Source: Lachnospiraceae bacterium HCP1S3_C2 (GTDB lineage: Bacteria > Bacillota > Clostridia > Lachnospirales > Lachnospiraceae). From it: a DNA stretch of 64,000 bases. Numbering within the stretch: position 1 is the first letter of the stretch; each line of letters opens with the position of its first letter. Below are positions 37,727-48,237 of this stretch, one piece after another. The stretch is taken from NCBI GenBank assembly GCA_052066835.1, contig JBQHRJ010000002.1; one strand, written 5' to 3'. The notes below the pieces were generated by a model that worked only from the letters and a program-made list of their open reading frames with translations, ran no database searches and was not told the DNA's origin. A program made the translations under genes and the position numbers.

Positions 37727-37926
37727 TCCTGATTCCTCCTAAATATATATATATTATAACACCTTTACGCTTCCCGTAAAAACTTTTTTAGCTTTTCACC
37801 TTACTAATTTTTTACAATCATATTGTGCTATCACCTTGACATCACATACCTAATATGATATGCTTGCAAAAGGTTGATGTCTTACGGACTATATTCAGCC
37901 TAGTTTATTTTTTCGGAGGTACTATA

Positions 37927-38124
37927 ATGAAAGGTACAGTTAAGTGGTTTAACAATCAGAAAGGATACGGTTTCATCTCTGATGAAGAGGGAAATGATGT
38001 ATTCGTTCACTATTCAGGACTCAACATGGAAGGCTTTAAGACATTAGACGAAGGCGCTGAGGTTGAATTCGAGGTTGTTAACGGAGCTAAGGGCCCACAG
38101 GCTACAAATGTAACAAAATTATAA
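37927..38124 (+). CDS. cspA: Cold-shock protein (CspA family)
   Basis: [30 protein letters not shown]... RNP1/RNP2 motifs. RBS GGAGG. The track ORF 37855-38124 includes an unlikely N-terminal extension. Confidence 0.9.
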   Translation: MKGTVKWFNNQKGYGFISDEEGNDVFVHYSGLNMEGFKTLDEGAEVEFEVVNGAKGPQATNVTKL

Positions 38125-38211
38125 TCAAGCCCAGTGTATACATGATGTGCCTTTTTTCTATAATAGATATATTATGAATTAAGTTATATTTTGTTTTACA
38201 GGAATGATTGT

Positions 38212-38245
38212 AAAAAAGCTATCTTTTCAGATAGCTTTTTTACGT
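38212..38245. terminator. Bidirectional terminator between csp and hslO
   Basis: aaaaaAGCTATCTtttcAGATAGCTtttttac. Confidence 0.7.
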
Positions 38246-38253
38246 TTCCCACT

Positions 38254-39132
38254 TTATTTACATTTCTTGTACAGTTCTTTCAACTCTGCTACGCTAAATG
38301 CATAATTTGTATTACAGAAGTTGCAGTTTATATTTATCTCTTTTCCGTCATTTATCATATCATTAAGCTCTTTTTTACCTATGCTGACCAAAGCTCTTGA
38401 CACTCTCTCCCTGCTGCAATTGCACTTATAAGCCGTAGGAATTTTATCATTTATCTTTAATCCGAGTTCTCCCACTACTTCTTCAAGTATGTCCGCAGGT
38501 GTCATTCCCTTCTCAAGCATATCTGTAACTGAACTTATTTTATTTACTTTATCTTCCAGAAATGATATTACTTTTTCTTCTGCAAACGGCATGAGCTGAA
38601 GTATAAATCCTCCTGCCTGTTTTACTGTATTATTTTTCTCCATCAGGACTCCGAGTGCAACTGCCGACGGAACCTGTTCAGATGCAGCAAAATAATAAGT
38701 AAGGTCCTCTGCTACCTCACTCGTTGTAAGGTTTATCTGGCTTGTATAAGGTTCTTTCATGCCAAGATCCTTTGTGACACTCATGGTTCCATATCCTATG
38801 GCTGCCCCTACATCAAGCTTACCAAGATAGTTTGGCGGTATGATAACATTTGGATTTCCAACATATCCCTTTACATTTGAACCGGAATCTGCCGTTACCG
38901 TTATCCCATTTATCGGACCGTCACCGCGCATTCTTATTGTAAGAATATCCTTCTCGCCTTTCATCATGCTTCCCATCATGGCAGCTCCTGTAAGAAGCCT
39001 TCCAAATGCCGCTGTTGCAACCGGGCTTGTCTCATGTAACTGTCTTGCCTTCTCCACCATTTCCCTTGATGTAATGGCAAATGCTCTTACCTGGTCATTA
39101 GCTGCCGTTGCTCTTACTATATAATCACTCAT
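38254..39132 (-). CDS. hslO: Redox-regulated chaperone Hsp33
   Basis: 292 aa. C-terminal zinc centre CxC...CxxC (YKCNCSRERV ... CNFCNTNY). Confidence 0.85.
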   Translation of the reverse strand: MSDYIVRATAANDQVRAFAITSREMVEKARQLHETSPVATAAFGRLLTGAAMMGSMMKGEKDILTIRMRGDGPINGITVTADSGSNVKGYVGNPNVIIPPNYLGKLDVGAAIGYGTMSVTKDLGMKEPYTSQINLTTSEVAEDLTYYFAASEQVPSAVALGVLMEKNNTVKQAGGFILQLMPFAEEKVISFLEDKVNKISSVTDMLEKGMTPADILEEVVGELGLKINDKIPTAYKCNCSRERVSRALVSIGKKELNDMINDGKEININCNFCNTNYAFSVAELKELYKKCK

Positions 39133-39134
39133 TT

Positions 39135-39896
39135 CTATGCCTCCGGTTTCTTTCCTTTTTCTCTTGCTATTATATACATTCTTTCTGTGTCTTTAGTTAT
39201 CTCATTTCCGGTAAATGCTTCTATGGCAGTTATATATTCCATTCCCGATTTCTCAATCAGTTCCTTTACTTCCGCCACAGTGTATCCCCGCTGCAAATGT
39301 GTTTCCTGATATCTGTCATATTTCCCATCTTCATCTTCTATATACAGGGTAAGGTCATACTCATTTATCTTTGTGTTCTCATCATAATAATTCTCCCATA
39401 TAAAGCTTCCATTATCACGATTTTCGGCTATGGTTGACTCTCCCATCTGCTGATACTTAGATATGGTATTCATATCAAATATAAATATACCCTCTATATC
39501 AAGATAATTATTTACCAGTCTGAACACCTGAAGCAGATCATCACTTTCTGTTATATAATTCATACTGTCACATATGCTTACCACGGCTCTGACCGTTCCA
39601 TACAGTTCAAATTCCCGCATATCCTGATTCAGATACAATATATCATGTCCGGATTCATACTTTTTTTCTATGGCTATACTTAACATTTCATCTGAATTGT
39701 CCACGCCTATCATATCATAACCGGCCTGTGCAAGTATCTCTGTAATATTTCCTGTTCCACACCCAAGTTCAAGTACAAGTCCGTCTTCCACTCTATATTT
39801 TCTCAAAAGACTAATAAGATATTTTCCCCAGTCCTCATACGGAACATTATCCATGAACATATCATATACATTTGCAAATTCTGTGTATGCTTCCAC
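39135..39896 (-). CDS. Class I SAM-dependent methyltransferase
   Basis: 253 aa. Motif I VLELGCGTGN. Its stop is 2 nt from the hslO start, so the two are probably an operon. Confidence 0.7.
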   Translation of the reverse strand: MEAYTEFANVYDMFMDNVPYEDWGKYLISLLRKYRVEDGLVLELGCGTGNITEILAQAGYDMIGVDNSDEMLSIAIEKKYESGHDILYLNQDMREFELYGTVRAVVSICDSMNYITESDDLLQVFRLVNNYLDIEGIFIFDMNTISKYQQMGESTIAENRDNGSFIWENYYDENTKINEYDLTLYIEDEDGKYDRYQETHLQRGYTVAEVKELIEKSGMEYITAIEAFTGNEITKDTERMYIIAREKGKKPEA

Positions 39897-40035
39897 TTTT
39901 GTCAGACCTTTCTTTTCTTTTTCTCAAATACAGTTACATGTTATACTAACAGTTTTTTTATTTAAATGCAAGGTTGATTATTTTTTACTTTTAAATTATA
40001 CTCTTATTATATTTTAGCTAATAAGGATTAATAAA

Positions 40036-40962
40036 ATGAATTCGAATTATATTTATAAACAAATACGACGTATAAGTCTTATAAATCTGACTATTCCGGC
40101 AGCACTTGCCATAATAGTTGTCATAATGTATATTAATATCCCGTTTGGTGACATTCTCCACCCAAAGCAGCTTGACAATACCCTTGATGCTGATAAAATG
40201 TATGCCGATGATGTACGGTTTGTCAATGCTTCGTTTGATAAACTCTACTATACAGGTTACGATTACATTAAAAATGGCAAAACAGCCGGCTACTACTATT
40301 ATAGTCTTGACGATAACAAATGTACATTTGTACTTGTTGACTCAGATAACATAAAAGAACCTAAGGATACCATAACCGGATATTCTATGAACGCTTCATT
40401 AGAGAAACAAAATGATCTTATTAAAAAAATGATTTCCGGTTTTTCTAAAAATCTTGACTGGACTAACGACGGTCTGTTGTCCGTTACATCCGTATGCTTT
40501 ATAGACGAGACCGGTTTTAATTCATCAATGTATGTGTTCTTCGGTGTATGTCTTTTTATACTGGTAGTTTTGTTATTTAGTTATCTTATAATAAATATTG
40601 TGTACTTTATAGCACCGGGACTTGATCCTGCATGCCTGAAAATAAAGAAAATCACTGGTAACCTCAATTGTCTCGTTCAGGCGGATGCTGAAATAAATGA
40701 TCCCGAGTCGATTATTTATTCTTCCAAAAAGATAATCATAACAAACCACTATCTGTTTTACAGAGGAATCTTTAACATTGATGTAATACCTGTTTCAGCT
40801 ATAAATAAGATTCACAAAACAGCACACGCAATTTTAAAAAACGGCTGTACTGTTTCATTTACCTGTACTGATAAATTAAAATTCTACATTCCATATATAA
40901 AGAATTCTGATTTTAACAGCATCAAAAACATCTTAGGGAAATATGATATAAACTTTATATAA
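40036..40962 (+). CDS. Hypothetical membrane protein (2 TM, large extracytoplasmic domain)
   Basis: 308 aa. TM segments at about residues 15-35 and 175-200. Confidence 0.4.
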   Translation: MNSNYIYKQIRRISLINLTIPAALAIIVVIMYINIPFGDILHPKQLDNTLDADKMYADDVRFVNASFDKLYYTGYDYIKNGKTAGYYYYSLDDNKCTFVLVDSDNIKEPKDTITGYSMNASLEKQNDLIKKMISGFSKNLDWTNDGLLSVTSVCFIDETGFNSSMYVFFGVCLFILVVLLFSYLIINIVYFIAPGLDPACLKIKKITGNLNCLVQADAEINDPESIIYSSKKIIITNHYLFYRGIFNIDVIPVSAINKIHKTAHAILKNGCTVSFTCTDKLKFYIPYIKNSDFNSIKNILGKYDINFI

Positions 40963-40967
40963 ACACA

Positions 40968-41012
40968 AAAAGACCTTACAGACTAAAAACACAGCCTGTA
41001 AGGTCTTTCTAT
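40968..41012. terminator. Bidirectional terminator
   Basis: aaaaAGACCTTACAGactaaaaacacagCCTGTAAGGTCTttc. Confidence 0.6.
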
Positions 41013-41019
41013 TATCACA

Positions 41020-41538
41020 TTATTTACCGCAACAGAATTTATACTTTTTACCGCTTCCGCATGGACACGGATCATTTCTTCCAACTTTTGCTCCCTTTAC
41101 AACTGTATGTGAGCTCTTCTGTTCCTTATATAATTCTTTTCTTCTTTCTTCCGGAATAAGGTCATTCCACTGCTCTAATGTATATAACCACTCAGCTTTA
41201 GCCTCAACCATGTTTTTATAAAGCATTTCTTTATCATATTTAAGACTTACTACTGTATCTTCTGTCATAGTCTCTATAGGATTTTCTTCTACAAGGCTGT
41301 CATTAATTCCATCAAGAAAACCTACCATAATCAATAATTCAGTATTATATTTTTCTGCGAGTTCCTTAACAGTTCCTGTAACTACCTCGTCAGGATTTGA
41401 TAAAATCTGCTCATATATTCCTTTTTCAATATTAAAATAATTTGCCCAAAAACGATTACTTTCCTGCTGGCTCTTCTCTGCAGAATATGCAATTCCACGC
41501 CATGTCTCAAGTAATGTTAATTCCTGATTTTCTGCCAT
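41020..41538 (-). CDS. SEC-C metal-binding motif protein (YecA-like)
   Basis: 172 aa. C-terminal [19 protein letters not shown]. Confidence 0.7.
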   Translation of the reverse strand: MAENQELTLLETWRGIAYSAEKSQQESNRFWANYFNIEKGIYEQILSNPDEVVTGTVKELAEKYNTELLIMVGFLDGINDSLVEENPIETMTEDTVVSLKYDKEMLYKNMVEAKAEWLYTLEQWNDLIPEERRKELYKEQKSSHTVVKGAKVGRNDPCPCGSGKKYKFCCGK

Positions 41539-41791
41539 CTCTTTATTCCTTCCTTAGTTATATATTTGTATGACTAAGAAACAGTATATACTATTTCATC
41601 TGTTTTTTCAAACTTTTTTATACAAATTACATATTTTTTTCAATTTTCTGTATATAAATCTTTTTATCTGTTCATACTTTTATCAGGCTATTAAAGCTGA
41701 TACAAAAGAAAGTTAGAATACTTATCCTCCCCTTTTTTTGAGAGCAGCATCTCTGCTGCTCTCTTTTTTTATTTCACAAACAGTATAAATA

Positions 41792-43252
41792 TTATCTGTG
41801 CATTGAGAATGAATCCATATCGTAATTGCAAAGGTTATCATTAATTGTTCTTCCATCAGCCTCTGCGATAAGTACATCTCTTGCTTTCTTTGCTTCAAGT
41901 TCACCCTTATGTTTACTTGGACCGCCTACACAGCCTCCTGTACAGACCATTCCCTCTATAAAATCGTCCTGAAATCTGCCCAATTTGAGCATCATAAGTG
42001 CTTTCTTACACTCTGATGCACCACTACATGTAGTAACCTTGATATCTGTATTTTCGCCTGATTCTTTGAGACTTTCAACAACTGCAGCCGTTACGCCGCC
42101 GCCATTACCAAATCTCTTACCGTATACACTTGCTTCCTGTAATGTATTTTCTTCCGGTTCAAGCTCTATTGATTTTGCCTTTAATAATGATCTTATCTCT
42201 CCAAATGTCAGAACATAATCTGCATTTCCTGTTATTCCATGATCATGTGCTTCGCTCTTCTTAGCTATACATGGTCCGATAAATACAGTTACTGCATCAG
42301 GATCCTGTGCCTTAACCATTCTCGATACAGCACACATAGGAGAAATTGTGGTTGACATATTGTCAAGTACTTCTGGAAAATGAATCTTTATCATATTAAC
42401 GAAAGCCGGACAACATGATGTTGTCATCTTCTTGCCCTCTTTGTAAGCTTCAGCCCACTCTGCTGCCTCTGCTGCTGCTGTCATGTCTCCACCAAGACCT
42501 ACTTCTATCATTCCTGCAAATCCCGCTTTCTTAAGAGCTGTCTTCCAACTTGCCATTGTAATATCTGTTCCAAACTGACCTTCTGCTGCAGGTGCAATCA
42601 TACCGATTACCTTTTTACCTGATTTTATTGCATTTATTACATGAACAATATCTGTCTTTGAGCCTATGGCACCAAATGGACAGCTATGTATACATGCACC
42701 ACATTTGATACATTTTTCTTCATCTATAACGCATATTGCATTCTCGTCCATAGTAATAGCATCTACCGGACAATTCTTCTTACACGGTCTTACAAGATCT
42801 GCAATTGCGTTGTATGGACAGGCTTTGGCACACATTCCACACTCTTTACATTTTGCCGGATCAATGTATGAACGGTCATGTCCCATAGATATAGCACCAA
42901 ATTTACATGCATGCTGACATGCTTTACCCATACATTTACGACAGTTATCTGTTACCACATATCTTGCTATTGTACATCCTTCGCATGCTGCTGACATGAC
43001 CTGGATAATATTTCCGTCTTCCGTTCCATCCGGATTTTTTCCTTCTGCAAGATTTATACGCTGTCTGATAATCTCTCTCTCTTTGTATATACAACATCTG
43101 AACTGAGCCTGTGGTCCCGGTATCATTTTGTACGGAATCTGTTCTTTTTCAGCATCGAGTTTTCCCTCGAACGTAAGCTTTGCAACCTGATAAAGCACTT
43201 CATGTTTTATTCTTAATACTGTTGCATCGTTTGTTATCATACTAATCCTCAT
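41792..43252 (-). CDS. hydA: [FeFe]-hydrogenase catalytic subunit (2x[4Fe-4S] ferredoxin domain + H-cluster domain)
   Basis: 486 aa. Ferredoxin-type CxxCxxCxxxCP repeats, and H-cluster motifs L1 TSCCPAF, L2 GPCIAKKSE, L3 EGMVCTGGCVGGP. Confidence 0.75.
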   Translation of the reverse strand: MRISMITNDATVLRIKHEVLYQVAKLTFEGKLDAEKEQIPYKMIPGPQAQFRCCIYKEREIIRQRINLAEGKNPDGTEDGNIIQVMSAACEGCTIARYVVTDNCRKCMGKACQHACKFGAISMGHDRSYIDPAKCKECGMCAKACPYNAIADLVRPCKKNCPVDAITMDENAICVIDEEKCIKCGACIHSCPFGAIGSKTDIVHVINAIKSGKKVIGMIAPAAEGQFGTDITMASWKTALKKAGFAGMIEVGLGGDMTAAAEAAEWAEAYKEGKKMTTSCCPAFVNMIKIHFPEVLDNMSTTISPMCAVSRMVKAQDPDAVTVFIGPCIAKKSEAHDHGITGNADYVLTFGEIRSLLKAKSIELEPEENTLQEASVYGKRFGNGGGVTAAVVESLKESGENTDIKVTTCSGASECKKALMMLKLGRFQDDFIEGMVCTGGCVGGPSKHKGELEAKKARDVLIAEADGRTINDNLCNYDMDSFSMHR

Positions 43253-43353
43253 TTCTGGACAGTTCTATTGCCCTAAAGTGAATAAATCATTATTATCTAT
43301 AATACACAAATGGCGACCATCATATTATATGATGACCGCCATAACTTTTGCTT

Positions 43354-44418
43354 TTATTTCTGTGTTGCCTCTTTAATCTTTTCTGTCAAAAGCGGAACAA
43401 TCTTATTTAAATCACCAACTATACCATAATCTGCTACATCAAAGATAGGAGCTGTCTCATCTTTGTTGATTGCTATTATGATGTCTGACTCTTCCATACC
43501 TGCTGTATGCTGAATAGCACCAGAAATACCGATTGCAAAGTATACCTGTGGACGAACTGTCTTACCTGTCTGTCCAACCTGTAATTCCTTAGGTTTCCAG
43601 CCATTATCTACAACGGCACGAGAACAGCTTACTGTTCCACCTAAAGCTTCTGCAAGGTCATCTAACAATTTGAAGTTTTCTGCACTTCCAACACCTCTAC
43701 CACCAGATACAAGAATCTTTGCATCCATGATATCAACTACATCAGTTACTTCCTTAACGATATCAAGAATCTCTACATACTTGTTGTCAGGTACGAATCC
43801 AGGATTATACTCGATAACTTCTGCCTTAGCACCCTTGATAGGATCAATCTTCTGCATAACACCAGCACGAACTGTTGCCATCTGTGGACGGTTGTCAGGG
43901 CAAGCGATTGTTGCTATTGTGTTTCCACCAAATGCAGGACGAGTCATAAGAAGCTGATTGTGCTTCTGCTCTTTTCCAGGAATTGCATTAATTGGGAAAT
44001 CACCAATCTCAAGAACTGTACAGTCTGCTGTAAGACCTGTCTTAACTCTTGCTGATACTCTAGGTCCTAAATCTCTACCGATTGCAGTAGCACCTACAAG
44101 CATGATCTCAGGCTTGTACTCATTTATAACAGATGCAAGTGCATGTGCATATGGTTCTGTTCTGTAATCTTTTAATTCAGGATCATCTACAACGATAACT
44201 CTGTCTGCACCATACTCTGCTAACTGGTCTGTAAGTCCTTTAACTCCGGAACCGATTAATACTGCTGTAACCTGTGTGTCTAATTTGCCTGCTAACTCTT
44301 TTGCTTTTCCGAGTAACTCGAATGCAATACTGCTGATTTCATTGTCAACCTGCTGAGCAAAGACAAATACGCCTTTATATTCCTCTAAATTCATTACTGT
44401 CACCACTCTTCCTTCCAA
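43354..44418 (-). CDS. etfA: Electron transfer flavoprotein alpha subunit
   Basis: 354 aa. C-terminal FAD-binding region (PQVYFAIGISGAIQHTAGM). Confidence 0.9.
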   Translation of the reverse strand: MEGRVVTVMNLEEYKGVFVFAQQVDNEISSIAFELLGKAKELAGKLDTQVTAVLIGSGVKGLTDQLAEYGADRVIVVDDPELKDYRTEPYAHALASVINEYKPEIMLVGATAIGRDLGPRVSARVKTGLTADCTVLEIGDFPINAIPGKEQKHNQLLMTRPAFGGNTIATIACPDNRPQMATVRAGVMQKIDPIKGAKAEVIEYNPGFVPDNKYVEILDIVKEVTDVVDIMDAKILVSGGRGVGSAENFKLLDDLAEALGGTVSCSRAVVDNGWKPKELQVGQTGKTVRPQVYFAIGISGAIQHTAGMEESDIIIAINKDETAPIFDVADYGIVGDLNKIVPLLTEKIKEATQK

Positions 44419-44419
44419 A

Positions 44420-45202
44420 TTATATTACGTGTTTTTCTAATAATTTGCCCATGATATAATCAACTGCTTCATCTGTTTCAAGGGCAACTTTTTCTCCTGC
44501 GCCTTTTCTGACCTTATCAGATGCCTTAGCAATCTTTGTTGGAGAACCTGCAAGACCAAGATCTGAATCATCAACATCTTTAAGATCTTTTCTTCCCCAA
44601 ACTGTAATGTCAGCATCATAAGCATCAAAAATTCCACCCGGTGTCATATAACGTGGAACATTTAATTCTGAAAGAGCTGTTACAAGGCATGGCATCTTTG
44701 CTTTTAATATATGATGTCTGTCTTCATACTGACGATTTACGATTACGTAATCGCCTTCTACCTTAATATCCTGTGCATAAGAGATTACAGGAATTCCAAG
44801 ATGCTCTGAAATCTGTGGTCCAACCTGAGCTGTATCTCCATCAATAGCCTGACGACCTGTTATGATAAGATCATAATCAAGATTTCTGATTGCTCCTGCT
44901 ATTGTTGTAGATGTTGCCCATGTATCTGCTCCACCTAAAACTCTGTCTGTTACAAGGATTCCCTTGTCAGCACCCATAGCCATAGCTTCACGAAGAACTT
45001 CTTCAGCCTTTGGAAGACCCATTGTAACTACTGTAACTTCTGCACCATACTCATCTTTTAATCTAAGTGCTGCTTCAAGTCCTGCTTTATCATCCGGATT
45101 CATGATTGTTAACATTGCAGCTCTGTCAAGTGTACCATCAGGGTTGAACTTAACTCCGCCCTTAGTATCAGGTACCTGTTTAATACAAACAACGATTTTC
45201 AC
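44420..45202 (-). CDS. etfB: Electron transfer flavoprotein beta subunit
   Basis: 260 aa. MKIVVCIKQVPDT N-terminus. Sits 1 nt from etfA. Confidence 0.9.
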   Translation of the reverse strand: MKIVVCIKQVPDTKGGVKFNPDGTLDRAAMLTIMNPDDKAGLEAALRLKDEYGAEVTVVTMGLPKAEEVLREAMAMGADKGILVTDRVLGGADTWATSTTIAGAIRNLDYDLIITGRQAIDGDTAQVGPQISEHLGIPVISYAQDIKVEGDYVIVNRQYEDRHHILKAKMPCLVTALSELNVPRYMTPGGIFDAYDADITVWGRKDLKDVDDSDLGLAGSPTKIAKASDKVRKGAGEKVALETDEAVDYIMGKLLEKHVI

Positions 45203-45241
45203 GGTATATTCACTCCTTAATCTTTTTTATTTAAATTTTAA

Positions 45242-46411
45242 TTATTTCAAGAGATTTCCTGAGATAACCATTCTCTGAACTTCACTTGTTCCTTCGTAAA
45301 TCTCAGTAATCTTAGCATCACGCATCATACGCTCTACATCGTATTCTCTTATGTAGCCGTATCCACCGTGTAACTGAACAGCCTTTGTTGTAACTTCCAT
45401 AGCAACCTCTGCTGCGTAAAGTTTAGCCATAGCTGCCTCTACTGAATAAGAAGTCTTATGGTCAGCCTGATACTGTGCCTTCTTCATAGCAGCCTTGTAT
45501 ACTAACATCTTAGCTGCTTCAATCTTTGTAGCCATGTCAGCAAGCAGGAACTGTGTATTCTGCTGTGCAGAAATTGAACGTCCAAACTGTTTTCTTTCTT
45601 TTGTATATTCTACTGTACGCTCTAAAGCACCTTCAGCGATACCAAGTGCCTGTGCAGCGATACCAATACGTCCACCATCAAGTGTATGCATTGCGATTGG
45701 GAAACCTTTTCCTCTTGCACCTAAAAGGTTATCCTTTGGAATTCTGCAGTCCTCAAATATTAACTCATATGTTGATGAACCACGGATACCCATCTTCTTC
45801 TCTTTTGTTCCGAATGAGAATCCAGGTGTTCCCTTCTCAACTATAAATGCTGAGAACTTCTTCTGCTTTCTTCCTCTCTTGTCTTCAACAATATCTGTGT
45901 AAGCAATGATAATGTAGATATCTGCAACTTTACCGTTTGTGATAAAGCATTTAGATCCGTTTAATACCCACTCATCTCCGTCTAATACAGCTTTTGTCTG
46001 AACACCCTGTGCATCTGTTCCTGCACCCGGCTCAGTAAGACCGAAAGCACCAAGCTTCTCGCCCTTAGCAAGTGGTACTAAATATTTTTCTTTCTGTGCA
46101 GGTGTACCATATGTCTGAATAGGATCAGCACAAAGTGATGTATGAGCTGATACAATAACACCTGTTGTAGCACAAACTTTTGAAAGCTCCTCAACACACA
46201 TTACATATGTTAAAGGATCACAACCCTGTCCACCGAACTCTTTCTCGATTGGAATACCCATGAAACCGTATTTCTGCATTTTAGCAACTGTCTCTGCAGG
46301 GAACTGCTCTGTTTCATCTGTTTCCTGTGCATAAGGTTTAACTTCTGTCTCAGCAAACTCTTTAAAAAGAGATCTTGCCATTTCATGTTTTTTACTTAAA
46401 GTGAAATCCAT
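45242..46411 (-). CDS. bcd: Butyryl-CoA dehydrogenase (acyl-CoA dehydrogenase family)
   Basis: 389 aa. ACAD motifs, catalytic Glu near the C-terminus (YEGTSEVQ). Confidence 0.9.
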   Translation of the reverse strand: MDFTLSKKHEMARSLFKEFAETEVKPYAQETDETEQFPAETVAKMQKYGFMGIPIEKEFGGQGCDPLTYVMCVEELSKVCATTGVIVSAHTSLCADPIQTYGTPAQKEKYLVPLAKGEKLGAFGLTEPGAGTDAQGVQTKAVLDGDEWVLNGSKCFITNGKVADIYIIIAYTDIVEDKRGRKQKKFSAFIVEKGTPGFSFGTKEKKMGIRGSSTYELIFEDCRIPKDNLLGARGKGFPIAMHTLDGGRIGIAAQALGIAEGALERTVEYTKERKQFGRSISAQQNTQFLLADMATKIEAAKMLVYKAAMKKAQYQADHKTSYSVEAAMAKLYAAEVAMEVTTKAVQLHGGYGYIREYDVERMMRDAKITEIYEGTSEVQRMVISGNLLK

Positions 46412-46449
46412 TTTTTAATCTCCTCCTACAAAAATTGTTATGCCCTGAA

Positions 46450-47322
46450 TTACTGAGCATCTACTGGTGTCTTTGTACGATCGGCATTGTATACATAGAA
46501 TCCTTTGCCGCTCTTGCATCCAAGATTACCACCACGAACCATCTTACGAATCAATGGGCAAGCACGGTACTTGCTGTCACCTGTCTCATTGTAAAGTACA
46601 TCCATGATTGCAAGACAGATATCTAAACCGATGAAATCACCTAACTCAAGTGGTCCCATTGGATGGTTAGCACCAAGCTTCATAGCTGCATCGATACCTG
46701 CAATGTCAGAAACACCTTCCATCTTGATAAATGCTGCTTCATTAATCATAGGAATTAAGATACGGTTTACAACAAATCCTGCTGCTTCATTTACCTGTAC
46801 AGGTGTCTTTCCGATTTCTTCTGCAATCTTAACAATCTTAGCAACTGTCTCATCAGGTGTATTAACGCCTGCGATTACCTCTACTAATTTCATACGATCA
46901 GCAGGGTTGAAGAAATGCATACCAATCATAGGACGTGTAAGACCATTACCAATCTCTGTAATTGAAAGGCTTGATGTGTTAGAAGCGAAAATACACTCAG
47001 GCTTAGCAATCTTATCTAACTCAGCAAATGTTGTCTTCTTAACGTTCATATCTTCGAATGCTGCCTCTACGATTAAATCACAATCAGCACAAAGATCTTC
47101 TTTAAGACCAGGAGTGATGCTGTTAAGTATTCCATCTACCTTATCCTGTGTCATTTTGCCTTTTTCAACAAGTCTTGCATATCCTTTTGCAATCTTGTCC
47201 TTACCGCCTTCAGCCCACTCCTGCTTGATATCGCAAAGAGCTACTTCATATCCGTCTACCTGAGCAAATGCTTTAGCAATGCCCTGTCCCATTGTTCCGG
47301 CTCCAATAATACCTACCTTCAT
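46450..47322 (-). CDS. hbd: 3-hydroxybutyryl-CoA dehydrogenase
   Basis: 290 aa. NAD-binding MKVGIIGAGTMGQGIA. Confidence 0.9.
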   Translation of the reverse strand: MKVGIIGAGTMGQGIAKAFAQVDGYEVALCDIKQEWAEGGKDKIAKGYARLVEKGKMTQDKVDGILNSITPGLKEDLCADCDLIVEAAFEDMNVKKTTFAELDKIAKPECIFASNTSSLSITEIGNGLTRPMIGMHFFNPADRMKLVEVIAGVNTPDETVAKIVKIAEEIGKTPVQVNEAAGFVVNRILIPMINEAAFIKMEGVSDIAGIDAAMKLGANHPMGPLELGDFIGLDICLAIMDVLYNETGDSKYRACPLIRKMVRGGNLGCKSGKGFYVYNADRTKTPVDAQ

Positions 47323-47365
47323 TTTAGTCCTCCTATAAATATATATTTATTATTTTTTTACGTGA

Positions 47366-48160
47366 TTATTTGTTCTGGAAAGGAACTACTTTTAATTTCT
47401 TCTCTTTATCTTTCTCAAGGAAGTTACCCATTCCAGCTTTCTGATCTTCTGTCTCGAAGCAGTCACCGAATAATTTCTCTTCGATAACGATTGCCTGATC
47501 CATATCTACCTGTAAACCATCATTGATAGCTTTTTTGCAGTTACGAACTGCTATAGGTGCATTCTTAGCTATTGTAGAAGCAAGCTTCTTAGCTGCATCC
47601 ATAAGTTCTTCCTGTGTATATACGGCATTTACAAGTCCGATTCTGTAAGCTTCATCAGCTTTGATATTTCTTGCTGTATATATCATCTGTTTAGCCATTC
47701 CGACACCAACGACTCTTGCAAGTCTCTGTGTTCCACCAAATCCAGGTGTGATTCCAAGACCTACTTCAGGCTGTCCGAATACTGCATTATCAGAACAGAT
47801 TCTGATATCACAGCTCATTGATATCTCGCATCCACCGCCAAGTGCGAATCCGTTTACTGCTGCTATTACAGGAATAGGAAATGTCTCAATCTTACGGAAA
47901 ACATCATTTCCCTTTTTACCGAAAGCTTCACCTTCAGCCTTTGTAAGTGTGCTCATCTCACCTATATCTGCTCCGGCTACAAATGATTTCTCACCTGCTC
48001 CTGTAAGAATAAGTGCTCTGATTTCATTTACATCAACTGCATCAAATGTTTTGTCAAGCTCTTCAAGAACTGCACTGTTTAATGCATTTAAAGCCTTAGG
48101 ACGATTAATTGTAATGATTCCAACCTGTCCTTCTACTTCATATGTTACAAATTCCATCAT
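47366..48160 (-). CDS. crt: Crotonase (short-chain enoyl-CoA hydratase)
   Basis: 264 aa. Enoyl-CoA hydratase fold (ALILTGAGEKSFVAGADI, GGGCE). Confidence 0.9.
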   Translation of the reverse strand: MMEFVTYEVEGQVGIITINRPKALNALNSAVLEELDKTFDAVDVNEIRALILTGAGEKSFVAGADIGEMSTLTKAEGEAFGKKGNDVFRKIETFPIPVIAAVNGFALGGGCEISMSCDIRICSDNAVFGQPEVGLGITPGFGGTQRLARVVGVGMAKQMIYTARNIKADEAYRIGLVNAVYTQEELMDAAKKLASTIAKNAPIAVRNCKKAINDGLQVDMDQAIVIEEKLFGDCFETEDQKAGMGNFLEKDKEKKLKVVPFQNK

Positions 48161-48237
48161 GTTTCTCCTTCCAAATGTTTATTTAAGCAAAACTGCACAT
48201 CACCCACAAACATGTGAGTGATGCACAATCTGAATAA

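Noticed and set aside
41722-41904. 60-aa ORF at the 3' end of hydA, and a T-hairpin-T structure at 41735-41770
   Set aside because: The ORF overlaps the hydA C-terminus out of frame. The hairpin has its U-tract on the + strand, so it is not a canonical terminator for the minus-strand hydA.
43253-43353. Terminator between etfA and hydA
   Set aside because: The hairpin is imperfect (ATGGCGACCATCATAT/ATATGATGACCGCCAT with internal mismatches) and lacks a U-tract on the minus strand. Not called as a feature, only discussed.
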